Source: Raillietiella orientalis
Taxonomy: Eukaryota
Assembly (NCBI GenBank): GCA_036172245.1
Contig: JAYWIR010000083.1
Location: 124,001 to 188,000, forward strand
DNA: 64,000 nucleotides
Direction of reading: 5' to 3'
Shown: in pieces, positions 38,550 through 51,532 of the stretch
Position numbering within the stretch: position 1 is the first letter of the stretch
How the letters are laid out: each line of letters opens with the position of its first letter
Notes under the pieces: generated by a model
Database searches by the model: none
Told to the model about the DNA's origin: nothing
What the model saw: the letters and a program-made list of their open reading frames with translations, nothing else
Made by a program: the position numbers and the translations under genes

Positions 38550-39135
38550 CCCAGTGCTGAAAAACAATCGGGGTCTCCCCCTGAAATGGCAGGATTCGGC
38601 ACTTCTGCTGTTGCACTGGAGCTTGCAACGTCCGCCGCTCTTACTGGACCCAGGGAGCTATCGATCCGATCTGTGGCTAGTGCGGGGAACGGGAATCCCT
38701 TCTGCACCTGCTTATAGAATGTGTTGCCCTCCGACTTCTATCGCCTCGTAACGCAACGGCCCTTGGTACACCGACGGACAATCCCAGGGACGCCTCTTCG
38801 TGCGCGATGCCCTTTCGCCTGGCGCATCCCCAGCAGCTCTTTGCTACCTACGCAGGATAGCGGGGACTTGGAGCTACGGGAGAGGAGGACGGCGCGATAG
38901 GGACGCCATCTGCTTCGCCTTGAGCACCATGAGCACGGCAGCTAGATAGCCCCACCTGGAACATATTCAGAAAGAACTTGCCGGCATCCTGAAAAAGATG
39001 CAGAGGACGACCTCCAGCATCCGGTGATCCTTTCCCTAACGCTCCCAATTTTTTGTATACATTTTTTGTTTATTTTTATTTTTTGTTTGCCACTCCCCCT
39101 CCGCTGCCGAGGTGAACCTCGCCGGCCGGTAGGCC
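38550..39135 (+). mobile_element. LINE family A zf-RVT to 3' UTR
   Basis: LPLKWQDSALLLLHW; nucleotide similarity to 4990-5535 throughout (cggacaatcccaggg, tgccctttcgcct, cccaattttttgtata). Confidence 0.85.
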
Positions 39136-39949
39136 GGCGAGAGTTCTGAGGCTCCGAGGAAATCAGACAGCCTGACCGCTCGGAACCTGCCGAGCACGGC
39201 AGGTGCCGAGCGGATTTCCTCACCGAGAGAGTCCCGTCGTCAGGGTACACAGAGTGCAGCAGCAACCAGCACGAACTCGCGCGTCTTCCAGCCTCCAAGG
39301 GGTTTCGTTTTCCAGACGATGGCACACCGGGAAGTCGCCGGGGAGATCGCGCGATCTCGGGAAGGCCGCCGGGAAGAGCACGAAACTGCGGTCAATTGGG
39401 AGATTGGGACGGGGAGAAACAGCCTGGGGGGATGATGCAAAGGCGATCCTCGAGAGGAGCTCCGGTTCGTAGGGTGAGTGGCACCGTCGCCTGCGAAGCG
39501 GGAGCCGACCCCCGAGGATGGCGCCGCCGAAGGGAGGTCTTCGGCTAAGGGAGCGCATGGCTCCTCGGAAGTGGCGCGAGCGACCTGCCGGAACTGACTG
39601 CACGATGCTGGCGGGTAAGGGGCAGGCGGGAATGGTGGTCGTGGACTTTCCCGACGGGAGGACTCTGGAGTGAAAGGGAGGAGGATGTGTCCTGCAAAGA
39701 GAACGGGGGAAGAGAAAGCCCAGAGGACAGAGCTCTGCGGCTGCTCTTCGAGGGAAGGTTCTGGTAGGGAAGTCTCGCGCGAGGTCGCTTCCCGCGGTGG
39801 CAGACTTTCCCGAGCCTCCTCCCTGTCCTCAAGGCGCCGGCGAGGGAAACGAGGCAGGAATGCCAGGCGACGAAAACAAGGAACGATAAAATCGCATTGG
39901 CATGTGACGGCGCTGTTTCCGTTCTTCTAGAAAAAAAGAGTCCTGAGTG

Positions 39950-40060
39950 GTCCAAGAGCTGCAGTGTGTCCAAGGGCATTACAGATCAATAAAACGAGAT
40001 TATGAAAGGCGGAGAGGGGATGTTTCGTCTCCTGGGAACACATGCCCTTCGGGACGCCAC
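39950..40060 (+). pseudogene. Possible APE N-terminal remnant
   Basis: SVSKGITD...FRLLGTH resembles NvrG...LQETH. Confidence 0.35.
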
Positions 40061-42151
40061 GCTCAATCGTGAAGGCGACGACGGCTGCTCGCTGCAAGCT
40101 GGGAATCCCCAAGCACGTGGGCTGCCGGGAAGGACCACTCGGAGAGGACAGAGGGAACGACCCTCCGGAGAACTGAAGCAGGAGTCCTTCGCAGAAGAGG
40201 AAAATCTGCCTTTTTATTTTCCTGGATGGATGGCGTTCGCGGGAGTAACGCATCCAGGCGACGCTCCTCGTCGGACTGCCGGCGGCAGCGGAGGCGGAAC
40301 CCGTTCAGGTGGCGCCCATCCGAAGCGGCGGAGCGGGACGAGGGATCTCCCGAAAGGGGCTGGGCGAAGATCCCTGCCAGAACCTCTCAGCCCCTGCCAA
40401 CTCCCTTCTCCCCGTGCGCAACGGCGATGGCTGCTCCCTCCGCGCTGTGCCTTCGCACCGCGATAGCCGCCGTCCCTTCTGAGTTCTCTTCAAAGGAGGA
40501 AACAAAAAGGGAGTGGTCATCTTGCGGATTCTCTCCAGAGATAACGAGGGAGACGGTTCTCTCCTGGGGTTCTCTCCCAGGTCGAGGAGGGATGCTCGCG
40601 CCGTGCCGCAGCATCCCTCCATGACCGGCTTCGGCCTCCACGGAAGATTCCGTTCGCGAAGCGGGAAAGGGAGAGCGGGAGCGTGGGGGATGCGTCGAGG
40701 TTTGCCGGCTGCTCTCAAACAGCGGGAATGCTCCTCCGACTTCCGGTCGCGCTTGGCTCGCGTTCAAGCCCTCGAGCCGGAACGAATGCTCTTGCCAAGA
40801 TACATGGCGTGGGATGCTGCGCGCCATCGTAGCCTGACGACCACGTTCCCCACTCGGAGACCATTACCAAGCAGGGGGGAGTCTGCCGCTTCTCCGGACG
40901 GGAGTCTCCTTCCAGGAACCGCGGACACGCGGGGAAAAATGAGGGAAAGCGCTTCCTTCTGGACGTGCCCACGTCGTTCTGGCGTTCCCAAGAGAGGTAG
41001 GCAGTCCTGGGACCATCAAGAGGGGGAGACATTTCAGAGAGATCCCTGGAGGCGAAAGGGCAGCTTTTCTCATTCTTCACACGCAAAATCGGCAGCGGAG
41101 TTCCCGTTTCTATAACAACTTGGCTCCTTGCAGGCTCGGCAGGGAACGATTCTCGCGCACGGAAGAGCAGGGAGATTGCGTTCGGCTGGCCCCAGATCGA
41201 CCTCAGGGAATTCCCTCTTTCGGGGCAGCTTTGACCTTAGGGAGGTCTGGTGCACGCCGTCGCCGTTGCCATTGGCCATCATCGGCTCGCGCTCCACCCC
41301 CGACGCACAGCATCCCGTCGCTCAGGTTCGCTCCGAATGAACCCGCGACGACTGGCCATCCAGAGGATCTAGAGCCGCGCTCTCCTCCGCCAGCATCACA
41401 GCTCCTCAGCTTCCCATCCGCGGAGTCACCATGGTTTCCGCTTCCCGTCCTCCAGTTTTCCTGAGGCAGGCGGCACAGCTTCAGCCAGCCATCCTTCTGT
41501 CTCCCTCCCCTTCTTTGAAGCTTTGCCGGGAGACCGGTCGCCGCCGCAACGGAGTGGATTCGGTGTATTTTCCCGTCCAGTAGATCGAAAGATGGATCCA
41601 AAACGAACCGATTTCCGGGAACGGGGGCGACCCTTTCGTAGTCGCCGCCGTTCCCAGAACTCGCAGTGATCGATGGAATTTCGGAGCCACCTCTGGAGGG
41701 GATTCGAGGAGGTCAGATGAAGTTTTGTGGCGTCAAAAGGGATTAAGGAGGAGTTCCTGGGGTGGGAACAGGACGTCGGCAACGCGAACCGGCTGGAGAC
41801 GCCCGCAAGAGATCCTGCGTGGCCGGCTCCTCTCCCCGTGATCTCCTGAGGGGAAGGAGGGAGTGAGTGGACAAGGGAGGGCCGTCCGCCGGAGGCAGGG
41901 CGCGACCCCTTTGTCGCTGCGCGAGAGAAGGGAGGTCTGGCAGGCCTCGGAGCAAGGCTGCAGGGAAGGGAAGATCCCTTAGGAGTCTTCCTCCTGTTTG
42001 GAGAGACGCGGAGGGTGGCGAATCTGGACCCGAAGATGGAGACCGAGGTGCGTAGCTTCCCCCACTTCCCCTTTCCTGATCTTGCGGCAGAATCAGGATC
42101 GAAGGGGGAGAAAAGCAGGGACCCTGCCTCGCTTCCTCAAGCAGGCCAAAC

Positions 42152-43070
42152 GGGTTGACACCCGGTCACGCCGGGGCATTTATTTATAAAATAAACATAG
42201 ATCTCTGTGGCAGGACGTTTGATCTTGCCACGTTACTTATGAATGAGGGAGGGAGCTCGCAGGGAACTGGCATGCAGGCCAGCGGGGTTCGCCTCGGTAG
42301 CACAGGGGAAGGAGAGACAAACAAAAATCAAAATAAAAGGAAAAATACACTCAAACAGTGGAGGGTTCGGGAAGGGATCACTGAGTTCTGGAGGATGTCC
42401 TCTGCATCCCTGCGAGGATGTCGCAAGTTTTTGTTTCATTGCTCCCAGATGGGGTCCTCTTGATGCTGCCCTCAGGGGGAGGACCGCAAAATAAATGGCG
42501 TCCTGTCGTCCTGGTCTCGCCTGGAGTAGCTCCATGAAGCCACGATCCCGCGTAGGAAGCAAAGTGCTGCTGGGAATCCGTCCGGCGTGAAGGCGTCGCT
42601 CAAGAAGAGGCGCTTTAAAACGTCTCTGAGGTTGCCCTCGGGGATCCACAGGGACGCGTGAAAGTGTTCCCACATGGGACGGAGTGCGACAGAATCCATG
42701 GGCAGGTGTGGGATGGGCCCTCTTGCGCTGCAGCTGTCTCAGTTCGGGCTCGCACTCCCCGAGTCCAATGGTGTTGGCGGGTGTTACACGGGAGGCCCCG
42801 ATGCAACAGCAGGGTCCCGGACTCTTGCCACTTCAAAGGGAGGATAGCACTGCTCCAACACGCTGGGGGCTACTTCGCCTCCTCCGGAGGAATTCTTAGC
42901 AGCTCTCCCCAGCGTAGCAGTTCATTGGGTGGGACACTCGGGGTCGCGGCGTCCGCCAGCTCCCGAATTGTCCACGCACCCAAAATGTTTTTTGGTGTTT
43001 TGTATTACGCAGGTCACTTTCCTGTTGGATGTTGGCTGTCCATTCTTCTCCTTAGGGAGGGCAGCACTGG
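42152..43070 (-). mobile_element. LINE family A 3' portion with best-preserved terminus
   Basis: KWQESGTLLLHRGLPCNTRQHHW; NLRDVLKRLFL; terminus AATAAATGCCCCGGCGTGACCGGGTGTCAACCC (42184-42152). Confidence 0.85.
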
Positions 43071-44278
43071 GACGAGGGGGGTGAACGAAACCCACGAGGC
43101 AAAACGGGGTGGGTGGGACTTCAACTTGCCTGGAGAAGCAGTCAAGGGCAGGAGAGCGTTCTCCGAGAGGGATGGGAAGGTGACCAGAAGGCGACGGGGT
43201 CAACACCCGACTACCGGCGCCCTCTTTCAGCGGCTCGTGGCTAGACGCCGTGCTGTGGAGTTCATGTGTGCCTCAGCGTTACAACACGTTGCACGCACGT
43301 GCCACGGCGCTTCGCTAGAACGCGCCTGCTGCTGCCGCGCCGCGACTTTCCAGGCCTGCAGGCGCTTCCCGCCGCCGGTGGAACGCGAGCACAGGGCAGA
43401 TGTCAGGAGCCACGACGCGCTTTCGTTCCCCGGCTCCCCAGCTCCTCAGCGCTCCCGGTGGTCGAAAGGGCGTGGAAGGCAGCGGACCTGCTTCCCGCTC
43501 CTGGAGTCCCGGTCCCGCTGCTGGAAGTTTCCTGGACTCCTTGCCGTCCCCTTTCTCTCGAGAGAAGAACCAGAGGAAGCTTAGCGACGAAAGAATCTGC
43601 TTCGTCAGGGGCCGCTGACTTTGCGAACTTCCCGCCGCGAGAGAAAGTCGGCGGAACTCGGCGGAGGTGGAGGTCAGGGTCAACCGGGGAAATGGGCAGG
43701 AGGTCAGGCACAGGAGCACGTGCGACTCTGAGCGCCGGTCTGTGGGGTGGTAACTCGCTGCAACCCCGGCGAAGGCGACACGGACAAATGTCCCGGGGGA
43801 TAGAAAAGGTGGAAAACAAAGGGGAGAGTCAGCAGGTCCACAGGCGTGTCTGAGCCGCCGGAGACTCAGCCAGAGGCCGCAAGGAGGACGCGGAGGAGGT
43901 TGCTGGAGGCATGGAGCCGCGTTTCCTCCGGAAAGTCGGACAATGCTGACGAGAAGAAAAAGAGAAGCATTCCCGTCCCCCTTCCGCGGGTCAGAGGCCA
44001 CCCACCATAACCTGGCTCGCTCATCTGTGGTGCCCAAAGTCCGACGCTGGACCGATGCTGCTGGCCAGCGCTTCTCACGCCTTCCACCCCCACTCTCCTC
44101 CCGTTGTTCCCTTTTCTCTGCGAGTACCTTTTCCTTTTCCTCCCCGACTCTTGAAGCCCCCTCCTGTGAGGCGGCTATTGTCTCTCGCCGTCACTTTTCC
44201 ACTCCTCTTTGCCTCCCGGGAACTCCTGGATGCCTGCAGAGGGTTGGCAGCAGATGAAGCGAGCGCCACCTCTGACTC

Positions 44279-44650
44279 TCAATGACCGGGAAACCCGGTG
44301 ATGGGAAGGAGGTGCAGCCCACTCGTGTAAGCCAGACCTACCAGGATGCGATCAGGTACTCTTCCGGGAAAACTCGGTCCAGAGCTGGTGACCCGGATAT
44401 CCAGCAGCGCCGCAGGGCGTGCACCGCGGGGTTTACGGTTCTCCGCGCCACCCATCGGGCCGTCAACAGCCTTGCATCCGGGGGACCAGAACGACGACCC
44501 GAGACTCAACCAGAGTCCTCGCGCTTGATCCTGGACGAACGCGTTCTCTGACTGCCACCAGCGCGTGATAGCTGTCTCAGGACGAATGACGACTCCATCT
44601 CTTCCACTCTCCTGCCGCCAACAAGATGGCGTCCTCATCGAACGGCGCAA
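44279..44650 (-). pseudogene. AP-endonuclease remnant, internally deleted
   Basis: GRDGVVI...DQARGLWLSL...AVDGP...TSSGPSFPGRVPDRILV...PITGFPGH mirrors APE GGV / GR / vYgP / T..sRiD.ilv / SDH. Confidence 0.55.
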
Positions 44651-46716
44651 ACCGTACCGCCGATCTTGTCATCAGCCCCCGCCGCCACGGTAGCGCGTCT
44701 TCCTCGGAATTCTTAGTGCCACCGAAAAGAAAGAAGAAGAAAAGAAGAAAGAAAAAGAGTCGAACGGAAACCTCTGCAGGCTACAGGCCTTCGAGGAGCT
44801 CTTCAACTCAAGAGCAAAGGAGACGCTGCAGTGCAGGCGAATGAGAGGGCATCTCCTCAACCCATTCACTTGCCGCCATCCAGGCCGAGCACTGGAGACG
44901 AGTGGGCAGAGCCTGATCGGCATTCGACCGCCTGCGAGCAGGGTTTTAGGTCCTCCCCCTCTCGCAGACCTGACCCTCTCCGGAAGGTGAGATGGCCGAA
45001 TTAAGACGGTCAGCTTTCCCGACGGAGGCATCGAAGGACCGAAGCGCCCACCCGCAAAGACCTCTGCGCCAAAATCACCCATCCGTTTGGACAGCCTGGA
45101 AACTCGGCCGAGATAAAAGCGCTTCCCCGGAAGCCACTGCATTCAAATTCCCCGTTTTGGCGACCTTCCGAGGACGCGCGGCAAAGCGAGGAGGCTTTCG
45201 GGTCTCCCATCTCCTCCTTCTTCCCGGTATGCCCTTCTTGCAGCCCCCTCTTCTGCTAACACCTGTCGCATACTCCAGAGCTAACCAGACCTTCCTTCAG
45301 CCCTTCCGCATGCCCTCGCGCGACCGCCTGCTTCCCGTCCAGCCGGCGAAGCGAGGAAAAAAGCTTGTGGAGAGGACCCACATCCCCGTGAAATCCTGGC
45401 AACACCTGGGAACCTTTTCCTTGTAGATAGTTCCCGGAACCTTCCCAGTAATTGGAAAAGCCTTGTCCAATTCAGTGGGATCAGGAGAAAGTGTTCCAGG
45501 CTTTGCGGCGAATTCTGCGCCCTCCAGTGTCCAATAAGGCAAGCGCGACCCTCGATCCACTTCGAGAAAGTAGAAGCAAATAGGAGAAATCCATCTGGAA
45601 AAAATGGGGAAGCGAGAAATCCCATTTCGGGAGAGACCTCCTGATTCCTCTGCTCCGGAGGGCACCTTCAGAAGTCAGCAGCGGCCATTCTGGCCTCTCG
45701 TACCGCATGCCCCTCCTGTGAGAGCAGCTAGGCGGCAGGAGTCAGAGAGCGAGCCAGGGCGGGATGAAAACGCGAAGCTTATCACCGAACTTCCCGAACA
45801 AGAAAGCCGGGAACAAGTGAGGGCTCTGCAAAAGGCGTCAGTAGCCTACGAAGAAGGGCCCTGCTTAACCGCAGGTGTTCTCACGAAACTCAGGTCGACC
45901 CCCAGAAACGCATGTGAGTGGCTTCGATGGGGGGAAAGCAGACCAGAGACGCGTAGTGGAAGGCTGTGGTCTTCCACTACGCGGCAGGTTTCGGCCCCAG
46001 GGCGAAAAAGATGCCAAAGCGCCTCCTGAAAAATCTTCCTGGACCATTCCTTTGCGTTTCCTCTGAGATGCCGATGTGGCACAAACCTCCCCCCTCCTCT
46101 TTGCTTCCACACGCCCACGCCAGCGAAGAGCTGTTCGCTGATGTCGTGGAGAACCAATAGCGTGGATGAAGGGCGCGAGCTGCTCATCAGCAGTCCCGGA
46201 AGGGGAGACAGTCCGGCAGATCCAGGAGGAGGGGATCGAGCTGTCCCCTACCCTTGAAGCACGTCCGACTCTAGATTTCAGAGCCGGCACGTGAGCTGAA
46301 GATGTGGCGCCCTGACCGCCTGGAGGCTTCGTCATCCGGGCTTCCCTCATCCCCCCCGAATCTGCCCACCATGCGTCAGATCGCCCGGTTCTGCGAGGCG
46401 CTTCCGTGCTTCGCTTCCTCGCAACGTCATCTTCCGAGACGCCGTAACAAGCAGCCTGTCGGAAGAAGAAGCAGGGGACTCGACGGAACGGATGGTGATC
46501 CCGTTCCCGTGCGTTCCCACTGTCTTATTTATTCTTATTTAGTAACTTTTTTTTCTTCATTCCCACCGCTTTCGTTGCGGATCCCGTGAGCATCTTCCCA
46601 CAGATCGCCTGGCTCGGCAGGACGCGGTGTCCCACAGCCTTTGCGTGTTCGTCGATGAGTTCCTGGATTTCCCAACAAACTCCGCGTCACTGAGTGACCT
46701 TCTTAACCCAGATAGC

Positions 46717-47340
46717 CGGGTCATCTTTTTAAAATGAATGAATCGAACTACGCAGTCATGGAAAGAACCCGGAGCGACGGTCCTTGCAGAGAACGGGACC
46801 AGAAAGGAGTGGAGGGAGCAGAGGAGGGACAATGAATTGGTAAATAAATAGGGAATGGGACGTGTCTATCTCACGGTACTCCACTGGATTCCTGAAGACT
46901 TGACTGGGACATGGAGGCGACGGAAGGAGGTGTTGACACTCCAATGGTTTTTGGTGAATCCGCCTTCAAGCGTCCGAAGGCACCCTCGTGCTCCATGCCC
47001 TAGGCTGGACCGTCCCATCCCCCCTTGGCGAGTAGGCGACGGCGATTCGCAAAGGGCTATCCAAGCATGAGATGCAGAAAAAGGCCACCACGCTGATTCG
47101 CCGGCTGATCAGAGTCTCCGGGAGCACATCACCCTGAGCACCGGGCGGTTCGGCACCCGAGCACGCCGCCGCTCTGACCTCGCCCAGGATCCGCCAATCG
47201 AGGAAAGGGCGACTCCCTCCGGATGTCGGCCGCATTCTTCTCCCAATTTGTCCCACCGTCCAAGAGTTTTCCAACTCCTGCAGCGGTGCAGGAGAAATCC
47301 CACCCAGCCAGTTGGCAACCTTCGCTGGTTGCCCTTAGGG
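46717..47340. repeat. Family E-related divergent copy
   Basis: aaaatgaatgaatcgaacta identical to ~58052-58071; ccaagagttt..caactcctgc.gcggtgcag shared with 48860 and 58762. Confidence 0.7.
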
Positions 47341-47410
47341 CAGACAGCACCGCTGCAAGGGGTGTGACGACTATCCGTGACCACTTCTAGAAGTCCAGAC
47401 ATCCTCGGCT

Positions 47411-48430
47411 GTGGAGGAGGCTTTGTGGTTAAGGCTTCCGCGCGTGGCACCATGCGTCGCGGGTTCGAATACTTGGGCAGATAACTGACGCCATTGCGTC
47501 GTTTGGGTTCCGAGTTTCTCCTGCAACGGCGCTGGTTGGCCGAGACATTCGGACGTGGCCCCGGCGGTGGATAAAGCCGGCAGCCTCCCGATGAAGGCCG
47601 GAACAATGGGAGTCGACCTTCGGGTCCTCCCAGGAATAAAGGAGTGGGGAGTTCCCCCTCCTGTGTGCAAAGGAGAGTGGACCCCCGTCACCGGGGGGAC
47701 CGCCTCCGGTTTCAAGATGGAGCAGGATCCCTCACGGGCACCTCTCCAGTCGTTCAAAGGAACGGACCCCCCTGTTGGGGGGTCCCTCCGAGTCGTCGCC
47801 TCTTCACAGAGTGTGTACAAAGGAAAGAAGCTAAGCGAGAGCGATTCCCTGCGGGAAGCTGCAGCGCCCCTTCTGAGTTTCGGAAGCACCCCTGTGGGGG
47901 TTGTCTTCAGAGGAGTGAATAAAGGAGCGGTTCCCTTGCGGGTTCCCTCCGGAGAAGAAATTCCTAGAAGCGGATCCTTTCCGGGTTCCCTTCGGAGAAG
48001 TTGAAATGGAGAGGACCATCACCCCGCAAGGGGGGGGATGTCCCTCCGGAGAGAATGAGGAAGGAGAGTTCCTTTCGGGGTTCCCCTTCGGAGACAACCA
48101 GGGTGGGAGGTGAGATCCCCCCCGTCCGGGGGGGATCCCTCCCCAAGCGTGAGAGGAACGGACTGCGAGCCCTTCCTGGATTCAATAGGGCGGACCCCAT
48201 CCCGGGGTGCCCCCTATCCTGAAGAATATTACACTGAAGAATTACACGCCCCCCCCCTGCGGGTTGCCGCGGACAGGCGTGGAAACAAAACAGTGTGTTA
48301 ATGTTTAAAAAGAGCCACGCACGCCGCGAGGCACGCGACCGGCTCTGAGGTACTTAGCGAACCAAAAAAAAAGAAAACTCTTAAAAAAAAAAAGCTGGAA
48401 GGAAAACAGCGAAGACAGAAGAAAAAGAAG
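47411..48430 (+). mobile_element. Family B SINE-like element, most complete copy (~1 kb)
   Basis: A-box-like 47418-47428, B box 47462-47470, body, cttcctggattca at 48172, A-rich tail 48364-48430. Confidence 0.7.
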
Positions 48431-48648
48431 AACCCAAGGATTACCATCGTCCTACCAGGCTGTGGAGGAGAATCCAGAAGACAGCGAAGTATGTCCGGAA
48501 GCGCACTTCCAGAGAGACAGCAGCCAGTTCTTGCAGATCACCGCTGCGCAGCAACAGATGCAGGAACGATCCAACCGCTTCGCACCTTAAACAGCCCCCC
48601 GGAAACTATGCTGGTTGCGCTGGGAAACCCAGAGCAGAAACAACAGTA

Positions 48649-49084
48649 GCAGCAGGGACGATCCGACCATCCGCACTTGAACCATTCGGAGATGCAACTC
48701 TAGCGGAGAGTAGGCGCTGGCGCTGATCACACTCTGGAAGACCCCAGCCCACCACCTCGTGCTTCGAATACGAAAAAAAAACACCGAAATGTTGCAGCAC
48801 AAGGGAGGAACCAATGGTTCCTCTAGGGTGCACTGAGGAAGTCTCTCCACTGAAGCAACCCAAGAGTTTCGCAACTCCTGCCGCGGTGCAGAAGTCCCTC
48901 CCCGTCAGTTGACAACCGTTGCTGGCTGCTCCCAGGCTGACGGCCGCAGCAAATCCGTCAGGAAAGAGCCGACGCGCGTCGTCCAGTGATCGGAAGCTGC
49001 TACAGTCGCCGGTGGCAGACCTAGGTAGCAGGAGAAAAGAAAAGGGAGCGCGAGTGGGCCGGAACGGAAGATACCAGATGGATG
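48649..49084. repeat. Unclassified dispersed repeat family E (second copy 58561-58962)
   Basis: Long collinear identity, e.g. cacactctggaagaccccagcccaccacctc and cccaagagtttcgcaactcctgccgcggtgcagaagtcc. Confidence 0.9.
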
Positions 49085-49729
49085 TCCATTCGAGTTCTTC
49101 CATCATGAACCCATCTGGGCGAAGTGGGTGGCGCAGACGTCGCTATCGCCTGCGGTTGCGTGGGAGGATGGTTGCCAACCCTTCGTAGCTCCCTGCATTC
49201 TTCATAAGGATGCGCAAAGGGAGACACCAATGAGTGTTCGACAGCCTTGCCATGAGATCGGGTGAAGGGTGTTCGTGTCTGCATCTGTTCGGTGAGAAAG
49301 TCACGTTCAGAATCCCCATCTTGGCGAGGGGTGACCAAGTCCTTCATTCGCGGCGTCGTAGATCTCGTTTCATTAGGACGGCGGCCTGTTGGCGCACCCA
49401 GCAGTCTCCGGAAAATGTGACCGGAAAGAAGAGCGTTACAGAAATGTCCCACGCTGTTTCCCTTCTGGGAGGCAACAGTCTGCTGTCGCCAAAGAGGCCC
49501 ATGACGCGTTTCTCGGACCTCACTTTCGTCTTCTAATTTGTCCCACCTAGGTGGACGAACCCATGGGTGACCCAGGCGAGTCAGGGACCCTCCCGCGTAG
49601 ATACCTGATGGAAACCAGTCCGCATCCAGAGCTGTGCCCAGAGCAACGATTTTCGACTTTCCCTCCTGCTCACCTGAAGTTCGGAGCCTCCTGAGTGGCC
49701 GGGAGATGGTACTCGACATCAAAGAGAAA

Positions 49730-49990
49730 CCCTAGGGATCTTCACTTCTCGACCTTGATGGTATCTGGAAAGCAGATGGATGAGGACGAATCACGAAACT
49801 ACGCAGGCTTCGAGGATGAGTGGATCCTCATCACCTTATGTAGGTGGGGGTGTCTTCAGGAATGCCGGATCTCTCCTGGTCTTCTGGAAGACCACCTCAG
49901 TGAGAAAGTGTTGCTCGTCTCTCTGTACGTGGAGCCTGTCTCCGTGTGTCCAGTGCCCTCGACAGGGGCCAGCGGCTTCATCCGCAAGAC
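49730..49990 (+). pseudogene. APE N-terminal remnant
   Basis: DLHFSTLMVSG...WGCLQECR resembles l.i.t.NvrG...d..cLQET. Confidence 0.5.
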
Positions 49991-50404
49991 CCTTCGCCTC
50001 GTGTGGGATCCCTTTCTCGTGATGGAGCCACGACGGCAGGGACAGACAAACGCCTCTCGCCGCTGCCGAAAATGGCATGCCTGAATGGATGTGGCTGAGG
50101 AAGAGAGGGCTGCAGACAAGCCGTGGGGAAGTATCTTTTTTTTCTCAGGAAGTGCAGATAGCCAGCAAACTCAAGTTGCTACCAGCTGGCAAGGGTCTGA
50201 AGAGCGAATGAAGATTCGTCTTCCAGCTCGAATCCGTCCTCTATGGATGGCATGGCGCACTGCATTGAGTTTTTGAGGAAACCCAATGATGCTGTTCATA
50301 ATGGAACACTGGGAGGTTTTCCAAGTTGTCTTGGAGGCGTTTGACCAATGCTTCCCGTGGGGTCTCGCAGCATTTCTTTTTCAGTTTCTCTTCTTTCTCG
50401 AAAG

Positions 50405-50910
50405 CCTGCGTGGGCGGCCGTGTGGCCACGGTTCCAAAGCGTGGTGCCGAGCGTTGAGGGTCTGAATGCTTACGTGGAGGACCAACGCCGAGGAATGGGT
50501 CGTAGGTTTCGCGCCCCTCACGGGGAGCGAATTCTCAGAGAAATTGAGTAGCGTCCCTTCGGGATTCTCTCCAGAGGAGGAAACTGGGAGCAGGTCCTTT
50601 TCGGAGGTCCCTCCGGAGGAAATAAGGAAGAGGTGGTCCCTTCTAAGTTCTCTACCAAGTCCATAAGAGGAACAGACTCCTTCTCCGCAGTCCCTTCCTG
50701 GATTCATAGAGTGGTCCCTTCCGTGTTAACCTCATTTCGAAGATTTAACACGCACCCTCGAATGACGTACACAGTGTTAAAGTGCTTTGTAAGTTCTCCC
50801 TAAAAGGGGACCGCAGCCTCCTGAAAAGGGCAACGGTTCTTTAGCACTTGACGAACTAAAAGAAAAAGGAAAAAAAATCTGGAAGCAAAACAGCGAAAAT
50901 GGAAGAGTCC
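50405..50910 (+). mobile_element. Family B copy, internally deleted and divergent
   Basis: Degenerate head (gttgagggtctgaat), cttcctggattcat at 50694, aacggttctttagcact, A-rich tail, ctggaag.aaaacagcgaa shared with ~48395. Confidence 0.65.
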
Positions 50911-51532
50911 CAGGGGATTTCCAAGATCTGCCTGAAAGGCGCTCTCAGCATATTCGTACTTTAGGAGTCGTCCAAGCTGTCCAATGACCTCGGATTTCCT
51001 CTCAGCTGTCCTGTCCTCACGTCCTTTGCTAGATGCACCTCCCTGCGATCCGCTCCTTTGTCGGTTTGAACCCCAAATTCCTGGATTCCCGCTCTGCCTT
51101 TCTCTCCCTCCAGCAGCGAGCCAGAAGGGAGTAATCATTTCGGCAGGCGTGCCGATGGCGGATTCCTCCAGATGGATGCCCCGATGGAGGAGATCGTCCA
51201 CAACCCGAAGAAGATGCAGTAAGGCTCGTCTACCTCCCTCGCTCTAGTGCTACCCTCCCTAAGAAACGCAAGGAACAGCGTACTTCCAACAAGGTGGGAA
51301 GTCGCAGCATAGAAGAAACCATTGGGGACGTGGACAACTCGATGGTGCGACCCCTGACGTCCCACCCCACCCTACGCTTCAGCAGCTCAGCATCCCTCTG
51401 CAAGAGGTGAAGTGACCCATAGCGTGCTAGAACAGTGGTACGCTCTCCTTCAAGTGAAGGAGTTGGCCTTGCTGGTGGTGCATGCGGGAATACTGTGCAA
51501 AACTCGACTCCACTACTGGACATGGGTGAGCG

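Noticed and set aside
39343..39358. 16-bp perfect palindromes (also 56936-56951) and shorter ones (27480, 52154, 22581, 48805)
   Set aside because: About one 16-bp palindrome is expected by chance in 64 kb (64000/4^8), more with GC bias.
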